64,000 bases of DNA, from NCBI GenBank assembly GCA_046563655.1, contig CM102287.1:6820001-6884000 (forward strand), in the 5' to 3' direction. This DNA comes from Yuukianura sp. NJ FZ-2021. Lineage: Eukaryota. The notes below the pieces were generated by a model. It saw nothing but the letters and a program-made list of their open reading frames with translations. It had not been told where the DNA came from and made no database searches. Position 1 is the stretch's first letter, and each line of letters starts with the position of its first letter. Of this stretch, positions 54,301 through 64,000 are shown piece after piece. Made by a program: the position numbers and the translations under genes.

Positions 54301-56049
54301 TTTAGGAAACCTTTAATATGTTTTTGTACAGATTTTTCGGAAATCCGTTTTCTAAGTTTCGGTTTATCGTATTGCTTAGGTCTCAGGCAGAAAGACTGCC
54401 AAGAGAAGACTTGAGCCGACGAAGATCATTTCATGGAGGAATCGTAAGACCACACTGGCGGAAATGGAGCTTCTCCATTCCTTTGGGGTATGAAAGCGTA
54501 GCGACATTTCATGCTCTGATGAGGATCCGTTTAGAAGCAACATGATCTCTACCCGCCTCCTCCTCTACATCACCAGCATCTTTCAAAGCAGCTTAAACTA
54601 CGGAACAGATGACACTCCACACTCTGCACAAAGATCCACAGAAAAAGATCATGGGACAGAAAAAAATCTCAATTTCAAAGGGAACCACACTTGATCAGTT
54701 TTCTAAGAAACGAAGCTGAGGGGACAGGGCCCTTCAATTGGGCCATAACAACTCCAAATTGCTCCTTTTCTTATGTCCCTCTCTACCTTTACAAATTACT
54801 GTTCGTGAGTAATTCTTACACAACTACAGCACTAAGAGGATGAAGGAATGTAGGAAAACAAAAGATGAGTTTCATGTAGAAGAGAGGGGGAATCACCTGA
54901 GCGGAGAGAATCACACGAAAGAGCAAGTACAAATAAGAGGGGAAAATGTAAGGATTTAGAGATGAGATTGTAGCAATCCTGAAGGAATCTGTGAGAATCT
55001 TTTTTAACAAAAGGATTCCATAGCACTAGAAATCTTAAATTATTCAGTTGGATTTAGTAGAATCTACAAGTTTCCTCAACCACAACAACACTTTCAAAAT
55101 CTCTAGGAGTCATCAATCATCAACCAAAAACCAAACAGCAGAGTTAGTACCTTAAACAAACCACATCAGTCACATCAGTCGTAAACAAAAAATGACATTT
55201 TTTACAATTGAGGAAATCAAGAATTTGGACACATCTCTACTTTGCTCCTCAGAGAATCAAGGTTATCAATGTCACTGTCCCACGGAGATTAATTTTGCCA
55301 GGGTACTTGGATGAATCACACCTAAGGCAAACTAGGACCGCTTAAGGATCTTGTCAATCATTGAATTTCAAAAAGTAACTTTTCGTGTAAAAATTTCAAC
55401 TTTCATATAGTACCTAACTTGAATTTTTAACCACATCCGTCTTCAATTTCGAATTGATTCAGTTTCAAATTGAAAAAACTTAGAGCACGAAAGAAATCAT
55501 AAGTTTCAATCTTGGAGAAAAAAAAACACCGGCTGAATTTTTGCATGGAAAGAAACTGGTACAAAATTCTAAAAATCCCTGCCGCTTGGTTTTAAAAAAT
55601 TAATAAACGGCTTAAAAATTCTGCATCCGTATTTCTAAACTAAAATTCAAAATTTTCTAGCCGTATGCTGCAGTTTGGAGCGTAATGAGAACATTAACAT
55701 TAGCGAGATGCGGTTAAAAATAGGATTAGGAAAGGAAGAATCCCTAGAGAGCCCTGTCACCTCTGCTTCCTGTGCAAATGGGCCGGTTGGACGTCTTTAG
55801 AAAGAGTGACACGTCCAGGACGACAGTTTCGGTCCAATTAAAAATGGAAGAAGAGGAGCTGGATAAGAATTGAATTTGGAGGCTGGAGGGATATGAAGGG
55901 TTGATGAGGAATTCGGATGTTTAATGGGAGCCATTTATCATTCAATAGGACACTGGAATCTCCTAATGGCCTCCCTCATGAATAAAAATTATTAAAAGTA
56001 AGACTCCGAAGGAACCCGGGAACGGAAGAGTAAGATTACTTTTACTTAC

Positions 56050-56393
56050 CATGCGATGACTCTGTGATGTTTAGATGATGAGAGATGGTGGTAAGGATCC
56101 AAATGACATCTGACAGTCTCCAGTCTCCGAAGTGTCAGCTACGATTTAGTCTTTCCGTATCTCTGCTCAGTCACATCTTCCATGACACTTTAGTCTTTAT
56201 ATAGTCACTAGTCAATCGACAGTCTACAAACAACTCCTGTCCTCATCGGCGATACCCGGGTCCAAGTCCACGATGATTGAGAATCGGAGAATCATGGTGA
56301 TTCACATTCCAGCGATGACGGAACTGGATCAACGGAATAGTGACAAGGAAAAGCACTGATGAATCCTTCTATGCGATGTCCAAAGCCGAATGT
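56050..56393 (-). other. Candidate non-coding 5' UTR exon (probably of Eph)
   Basis: Minus-strand acceptor tttcaaag| at 56393 and a strong donor ATG|gtaagt at 56050. Composition is balanced and exon-like, with no long ORF. Confidence 0.4.
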
Positions 56394-56983
56394 CTTTGAA
56401 AATACAGGAAATTAGTAGGGACAATCAAAACAAAATGAACAGGGACAATCAAAACAAAAAAGTAATCAGCAGAGGCCGCAACTGGACGCTGAATTTGGTT
56501 TGACTAAATCTCCGATTTCAGAATTCTGCGTCGCAGGCTCCTACGAATGATGAGGATGCTGGACAAAAGCTTAGACACAACTACGTTTCAAAATCAAACT
56601 TAAACAATACATTAGTCTAATAATTAAGAAAAAAATTTAATAATTAATTTGAAACAACTATTGTTTGACGATTGTCCAGCTCATTCACTTTACTTTCTGG
56701 ATAAAATCTGAGGAAACCGATGCATTAGGTTTAGTGAGACCCCACGCTGTGGTTTTTTCTCTTCTTTTTTTTTGAGTTTAGAGTAGAGTGAAGTATTCCG
56801 CAACACGTGACCAAAACAAAACGTAACAAAGAATTAGCCGGCGCATTAAAATTTAAGTAAGTTGATTAGAAAATTAGAACTAAACCGTTAACTTGACCAG
56901 GTCACTGACTGACTTTCGTTTCACAAGGTGAGTTTTTAGATTTGTTCAATTTATCTTAATTAAATCGGCATTCTTGTTCATAC

Positions 56984-57573
56984 TCAACTTGATTTTGTTT
57001 TAGGTTTGAAGTCAACAACATCAAGTCTTCGTTCCGATGCATCTTTGTGTATCAACGCATTGTCCTTGAATTCCAGACAAAACGCATACATTCTTGAGGG
57101 TGTCCGAACATCGTCGCTCAATATGGTAAAATATGGGAAAGTATTTTCCAGTCTCCCTTTATCATCGTCACTCCCTTTAATTCTGATCATTTTTCCTTGT
57201 GCAGGAATGCCAAAATACCGAGATGAATTGAGGCAGCCTCTAATTCCAGCGTCCAAATTTCCATTCTTAACGAAGATGGGTTCTTCGAAGATCGTCGTCC
57301 GTTGCCATTCGATGCTACGGAGGCTGTTGATGAAGGATGAGTCACGTAGCTTCGAACGGAAGGAGCGCTTTTGGATCCGATCTAGAAAACCAGCAGCATC
57401 TCATCGGAATTTTGAGCAGAATTGAAGAGGAGAAGGGCACCAGGCAAACATTAGCCACCGAACCCACCCCGCTCACTGCTGGAAAAAAAGTATCCCACTC
57501 CCGCTGTTGCTGCTGCCGCTGGAAGGAGGGGGGAAGAACGAAAGCAGCCACCGGAAAATCTGTCCCGCGTCAT
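56984..57573 (-). CDS. Hypothetical two-exon orphan protein (~165 aa)
   Basis: ATG 57573 MTRDRFSGGCFRSSPLLPAAAATAGVGYFFSS, donor gtgag (57476) or gtgggt (57467), acceptor ttttctag at 57381, then a stop-free frame to 56984. No recognisable domain, and other frames are also partly open. Confidence 0.3.
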
Positions 57574-58590
57574 TATTTATGCAAAACCTCCTTCATTTGC
57601 AATTCATTTCCAGCCAGGAGCCAACATCCAGCACATCACGAATCCTACAGTTTCAAAAGGATTCAAAAACCGCCTTCATCGAAATGCTTCTCCGCACAAC
57701 AGAACTTTGTGTTCAAAGTGTAAGGAATTATTTCATTCTCAACTTCACCTGTACAAGAGGCCTTCATTATCATAATTTTCATTAGATCCATATTCAGGTC
57801 CACACGAATACTTGAAACGACTGCTGCTCCAACCTCACCTCCTTAAATCAAGTCACACAGTTCATTTCATTTCATTGTTAGTTTGCTCTTGATTTATTTG
57901 GGTCATGCGATAAGAATGGGAGTGGTGATGACTGATGAGGACTCTTTCTGCAAATTCCAAATTGCGGCACAACCAAAAGTTCTCCACTTTAGTATGTAGT
58001 ACTGGCGGCTCTCATTTTAAATGGAATGAGTTTACAATTTGCAAATTTTTCTTTTTGCAGGAGTGTGGTGTGATGTGAGCTTAGGCGGAAAGGGATGATG
58101 ACTCAATGACTCATGAGTTACTTTGACCAGGAGAATACTATATAGCTGATCGTCAGTGTTCGGAGCAAATCTACTTAAGTAAGACAGTATTCATTAGCCT
58201 AACTCTAAGTTTGTTATTTCATTCCATTTTGTTGCTAACTTGTTGAGAAATGACGTCCTTCTTTTTTTTAGGTTTGAGTAGTGTCTTGGAGGAGTAATTC
58301 CAAATCCATTTAGTGAAGGTTGTCGCAAGGAAAAGGAATTTATGAGCGAGTCCATTTGCATCATCCGCTCTTTTGCCTTGTACTACTACTGCTAAAGGCC
58401 ATTCTCGTTTCCTCTTCCTTTATCTAATCAACAACAAGCACTTCCACTCAAGCACCAGCAGCCTCTGCCATCCCACAGACGAAGAACAGTCACTGGGCCG
58501 CTGCCCCATCAGAAGGTGCTACTGTGAATCCAGGGTGTCGTTCTAGGATAACCGCGGAGTCGTAACAACAAATTAGCCATCAAAGGGACC

Positions 58591-60933
58591 ATGGAGGACT
58601 TGAACTTTCCCGCGCCAACGTCATGTGACACGGAGGGATGCTTCAACAACTCCAAAGCTGCAGCGGCAAGCGGCGGAATCGGTCAAGACAAACTGACGTA
58701 CTGTGCCAACTGCTTTTCAAACGTCTTTGAATCGACTTTCAATCTCAACAATGGCAAAGGACCCAGGAATCCACCCAAGGTCAAGGTAAGTATTACAAAG
58801 TTCACTTTGTAACATGTAAATGCATAGATTTTAAGCTTGGAGCATATTTTTCTCTCTTTTTTTCGTTCATTTCGTTTTTTGCTCTCTCACAGCCTCCACC
58901 ACCACCGGCAAAACCGAGCAAAGAAAACAAACCGGGCGGAAAGAAGGAGGAAGGAATTCCTGGAGCTCCGTTCCAATGCAAAATATGCAAGACTTCCCTG
59001 CATGGAAAAACGGTGGAGTCACTCGTAAGTGGTTCTAAGTGACTCTTAATTGTAGCAATTAATTATCAACTTTTAATTAACAGTCCAATAATGTCTTGTG
59101 CATTTGTTCCTTTTGGAAGTTCTCGTGCAACTTTTATTTATTTGTTTGGTTAGGCAGGTGAAGTTTACTGCCGGGAGTGCTACGAGGGTCACATTAAGAA
59201 ACTCCGTTGTTCTGGATGCTACGAGGCTTTTACCAAAGGTACAAAGTGTTTTACAATTACACTTAATTACAACTACTAATTTTTTACTCTCTCTGGTATG
59301 TTAGACAACGTGATGGTACTCTACTCAAATAAACCGTGGCACCGTTCCTGCTTCCGTTGTGGCAAATGTGAACAACCGATAGGAGCCAAGAGTTTTACTC
59401 GGGAAGAGGATGACTCCGTCTACTGTGAAGACTGCTACTTCCAGAAAAGTGGAAAACAATGTGCCAAATGCAAGAAAATGTTCTCAACCAGCGGAGTTTG
59501 GTTTCGAAATGAACACTACCACAAGGTTAGACAGAAGAGAAGCCATTCAAAATGTGTTTTTAGAAACCCTGTAAACTTTTTACTTTCTAATTCTAGGAAT
59601 GCTTCAACTGTGCCTTCTGTGTACTTCAACTAGGCGACAAAGAAGTTTTCGTACACGATGGTCGGATTGTGTGTGGAAAATGTTATGATGAGCAGTTCCT
59701 GAAGAAATGTACCAAGTGTCATAAGCCAATGCTCGGTAAGCTTGCGTTCGAAATCATAAGTCAAAGTTATTGCCTCTTATTTGGATGAAATTGCTGAGGT
59801 GACATTGAAGCAAATCAATTTCAGTTCTTAGAATTCCAAATCATGAACTTTTGTTTGCGAAATCACGTCATTGAGAGTTGATAGAATTTCCAAGAAGCTT
59901 AACTTCCAAATGATTCACGCTTAAAATTAGACTTCATAAATTTTTTTTCTTCAAAAATGTCTACTGTTTTTCGAGGTGCATTAGCATAAAGCCCGGAAGT
60001 TGTTTTGCCTTGAGTTTGTTGTCAAATTCAATTTGAGTTCATTGTTGAATGGGCTAAATTGAGTGCCTGTTTTAAAGATTGACAGGAGTTCGTGACTAGA
60101 GTTGATTGATGACAGTTAGAGGTGATTGATTCCTAATTTCTTTCGTTTCAGGTGAAATTATCGAGTACGAGGGACAACCTTACCATGTGGATTGTTTTAC
60201 CTGTTCAACCTGTCTCAACCCCCTGGGAGAATCCAGTTTTGTTCCACGAGAAGGGAAAATCTTTTGTGAAAATTGCTTTTGTATGGAATTTGGAAAGATT
60301 TGCAAAAAGTGTGGCCTGACGATTTCACCCACGCATGGACATGGACTTGTGTACCGTGGAGAACACTACCATTCCGACTGTTTCGTCTGTTCAAAATGTT
60401 CCGAAAGTCTGTCAGGTCAACTGGTTCATACGCAGAAGAACGAAGATGTGCCATACTGTGGACCATGTTATGATCAACTCTTTTCCAAAAGATGTACTGC
60501 CTGCAATAACATCATTTCAGGTATTTGGATTTTCGGAGTTCTGAGATGTCGAGTCTCCTGCAGCGCCAAGATTTTGAGTTTTAATCGTGATTTGCATTAT
60601 TTGTGTTTCCATCCTGAGAGATTTTTAACTTGTTGTCTCGTTGAACCTGTTGATTTTTATTTTACATTTGTGGTTGTAGGTGTGGTTGGATCCAAGTACA
60701 TTTCTCACGAAGGGAGACACTGGCACGAGGAATGGTAAAAAGAGATACACTTTCGTGACGAAAGTTTCGTCTTCAATTGGAATTGGAGTGATTCAACACT
60801 TTTTTTCATTTTGTTTAGTTTCAATTGCCACAATTGTCAAAGTTCCTTGGCCAATCGGAAAGTTGCTGTGGATCAAGAGAATCGGTTGACCTGTGCTCCA
60901 TGCTTGATGACCCGAAACCTCAAAGGGCGCTAA
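58591..60933 (+). CDS. Five-and-a-half LIM domain protein (Limpet / FHL-like), ~436 aa, 8 exons
   Basis: Exons 58591-58785, 58893-59024, 59154-59238, 59305-59525, 59597-59735, 60152-60520, 60680-60734 and 60819-60933 join in frame (1311 nt). A half LIM (CKIC...CREC) is followed by five CxxC-H-xxC-CxxC-CxxC LIM repeats, including WHRSCFRCGKCEQPIGAKSF and KYISHEGRHWHEEC typical of FHL/Limpet. Confidence 0.92.
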
Positions 60934-63785
60934 AACTTCTACCACCGTCCAGAAACTTTGAGACGTCCACTTTTTCCATGATGCCAACATTCCAAAAACG
61001 GCCGTCCCACAACTATTTTCCAAATGGTATTCTTTATTGAGCTTGTCTTGTGTCCATATGAAAGTGCCACATGAAGACCAACTTCTGTGAAGTGTCTTCC
61101 TTTTGTCTTCTTCTTCTGTTCTCTAATAAATTATATCGATCCAACTAAATGGAGAGAATGATGTCTTGGCACTTGGAGCGATTCTAGCGTTGGGTTCGAG
61201 TAGTTGGCAATTAGGCTCTTGCGCCAATGTCCCCCCGGGGACTCATTCCGATCCACTCAAAGCACCGACGAAGAATGACTAACCGTTGATCTCTCTCGCA
61301 GTTGCAGGAGACTGTCCCAGAAGAGACATTCCAGTATCATGGCCACCATGTCGTCGTGGCCAAGGTTTAGCATCATCACACCTTATCTCCAAGTTGAGTC
61401 ATCCGAACAGGGTCAGGGGCCAAATAACACTTAATGCCCATTTCTGTCATACTCTTTAACATTGATTACTGCGACGCCATGCTCTCAAAGTTTCATGCGC
61501 ATGAGCATTTGCATCCTGGAAGAGATAGAAATCGCTGGAGCTCGAATCGCACGGCGTTTTGCTGATTCAAAAGTTGCTGTCCAACCTAGCTTAAAGTTTT
61601 TTTTGCCAAGGTTTTTTATTGGCTTTACGTTGGATTAGTTGAGTTTTGCAATCCCGATTCCAAATTCAATTTATTTTAATTAACACGTACTAGGGGCTTT
61701 TGTTTAATTTTAAATTTTTGTTTAAATTTTCGTTTGCTAAAGTAGTTTTGTCGGTAATTGGGCTTGTGTGGATTAGTGTTGCCATTCTTCATGATTAGGA
61801 ATAATCAAGATTAAGATCCCTTCACTGCAGGCACTAAATCCACATTTTGTACTTGATAACTCGGACTTCCTTACTTTCTCCCTCCACAATAAATCCCACA
61901 AACTACCACAACATTATAAGCGGAGGTGCTGAATTTCAGCACTTCCGACTCAAGAAGAAGAAGGAAGTGATTGGTTTGGACGTTCCCCTGAGTCTCCTTG
62001 GAAGAAAGTTCTGCGGACGAGGGAAAGTATGAAACTCAATTAAACGAACACTCCCCTCTCCCTACAGTACACAATGTCCAACGACACAAAGATCCACACT
62101 TTCTCTATGTTAGGTTAACCTAACTTCTAGAGTAGAAACTACAACGCTGGAAGAAGGGGACTTTCCTTGGAAGTGAAACTAAAAATAGGGAAGAGGGGAA
62201 AGTGTAATTTAGTTATCCATGTGGATCTGACGTGATCTTTCTCTCCCATTTCTCACCATCTCAAGGGACATGAGCACATCAAGAGAAAGTCTTTTTTCCA
62301 AAAATAGAAACTCAAAACTTATTTGAATTTTAAAATGATTCTTTCCTTTGAAGTTTTCAAAAAAAAAAGTTTTCAAAGTCAAGAGAAAGCGCTCAAGCCA
62401 AACCTCAAAAAATATTTCCATATTTTATTATTTCAAGAATCGAAGGAATTAGTCACGGTCAAAGTTTTATTCGCGCGGATTTAAAAAGTCTTTGAGTTAA
62501 GAGTTTTGGTGAAAGTAAAAATGTTACAAAATTTTGCAATGGAAACGTTTTTTTTTTAAGTAAGTTTGGAATGCTGAAGTGTCTGAATTTTCTGACGGAG
62601 AGTGTTTCCTTTCTGAGTGTGGAAGCTGAGGAGAAAGTTGGTTTGAGATTGAGGTGGAAAGTGTTGATTTTGATTTATTTTGATTTTGATTGTGTTGATT
62701 GTTGGAGTGGAAGGTGGCTGGTCAAACAAGTGGAGTTTCAGCATCCAATTTCCAGTGGCAGAGTCAACATGCCTCTCCCCTCTTCCTAAGTTAACGTTAG
62801 GTTGGAGAGAAAGTTAGGTGCCGGAAGGGGATCGTGGAAATGGAGGAAGTTGGAATTGGAGAAAATAAAGTTGGATTTGGGCGGGAGAAAAGAGATAAGA
62901 GAACTTTCTCCTTTCACTTGACTAACTTCAACTTCCACGTTCTCCCTTCCTTAATTGGAACCCCAACACCATCTCACACTTCCAACAATCCATAAATCAG
63001 ACTCAACCAGAAGATCCACACAGGCACTGGACCCACCTCCCCCTGCTCCACCCAACCCCCTCACTCAGCCCCACCCCACCCCCTGTCAGCCCAAAGTGAA
63101 AGTGTTGGTCCAACTCCGCCAATTACTCACAATTACCACCTCCATTCACTCCCAAAACCTACACTTAAAAGGAGATGAAAGAGAAAGCAAATAAGTAAAA
63201 ATACAATTCCATAGATCTATCACACAGACCAGCTGGTCAACAGCAAAGAAATCCACAGGCAAACAGTTCAACGGCAAAAAATCGACAAGCAACTGGATCA
63301 ATAAAACTTCAAAAAATGAGGCCTTATTTTTCTCATAAAAATGAATCAAAGATTTTGAGTTATTCGAAGGAAATTGTTGGAATTTGAAAGCAATTTTAGA
63401 GTTTTTTGGGGCCTTTACTTAGCGCTATGATTCATGGAAAATTGAATAGATTCAAATGACTTTCACTTTCCAGATTTTGCTTTAATTCCTCCATTGTTCT
63501 TGTGCAACACAGAGTGTTATAAGGGGAGGTAGAAAATGAATTTCCGTTTTCCGTTGGAATAATCAACTAATTCCGCATGTCAGTAGAAGGTGTTGCCACG
63601 AGTTCAATTCACAAATTAGCACTTGCTTTCCCCACACAAACTCCATTGGAATCCCAGAGGAAAGTGGAGAATAATTAAAGGGAGAGGAGACAACGCTGTT
63701 CAGCATCTAGCAGATGCTGCAGCGGACGCTGTTTCCAATTTTTAAAAAATGGAGAAAGCCAGATGTCACACTCTATCCCCGCCTC

Positions 63786-63839
63786 ATTCAAATTCACTCT
63801 CCATTTTCACTTTTTTAAAAATGGAGAGTGAATTTGAAT
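63786..63839. repeat. Perfect 22-bp inverted repeat with 10-nt loop
   Basis: ATTCAAATTCACTCTCCATTTT (63786-63807) / AAAATGGAGAGTGAATTTGAAT (63818-63839). Confidence 0.85.
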
Positions 63840-64000
63840 TTCCACTTTCTTAAAAATTGCTTTTTCTAAATAAGTTTTCTCTCATACGTATCACTTTCAG
63901 GAAAAAAAAACAGTTTTTGGCATTCGACATTCCAAGTCCAAAATGTGTTTTTGATTGGACGGAATTTTTGGCGCTTTCACCACGTTTAGATTCAGTTTTA

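Noticed and set aside
34700..55100. Numerous 60-160-aa ORFs in the Eph upstream region (e.g. 46286-46747, 48759-49241)
   Set aside because: Composition mirrors the A/C-skewed non-coding DNA, many use non-ATG starts, and there are no motifs or consistent exon chains.
56419..56460. 18-bp direct duplication GGGACAATCAAAACAAAA
   Set aside because: A simple local tandem duplication with a 5-nt spacer and no element between the copies.
57574..57650. In-frame TGA in RIRDVLDVGSWLEMNCK*RRFC as possible selenocysteine
   Set aside because: No start or splice support for this frame, no selenoprotein motif, and no SECIS identified.
59597..59735. Suspected frameshift in LIM exon 5 (absent from the ORF track)
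   Set aside because: Re-reading gives GAC AAA GAA GTT TTC in frame, so the exon is intact and merely short.

Overview
Eukaryotic, AT-rich, intron-containing DNA, most likely from an arthropod. Small 60-100 bp GT-AG introns and insect-like Eph juxtamembrane motifs suggest a hexapod such as a springtail, but this is inference. Four multi-exon genes could be hand-spliced into open frames: a TENT5/FAM46 non-canonical poly(A) polymerase (+, 8832-11364), an Eph receptor tyrosine kinase (-, 14207-30195, probably with 5' UTR exons out to about 56 kb), a divergent four-TM claudin/PMP22-like gene (+, 32817-34111) that probably lies antisense inside the Eph transcription unit, and a five-and-a-half-LIM Limpet/FHL-like gene (+, 58591-60933). 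A small secreted or GPI-type gene is split by a one-base frameshift (-, 13327-13762). Mobile DNA includes a hAT-type MITE with an 8-bp TSD, an internally deleted P-superfamily element that joins a THAP start to the transposase C-terminus, CCGTA/TA MITEs (one nested in another), a palindromic MITE downstream of TENT5, and a 2.4-kb near-perfect foldback element in an Eph intron. Each foldback arm is a composite of a 30-bp minisatellite, a tRNA-like Pol III cassette, an (ATA)n tract, a Helitron-like end and AGGTCA DR1 arrays. The most unusual items are this composite foldback, a 90-aa Cys/His-containing segment inside the TENT5 catalytic motif, the frameshift-split peptide gene and the nested claudin-like gene. 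All family assignments come from motif recognition, not database searches.
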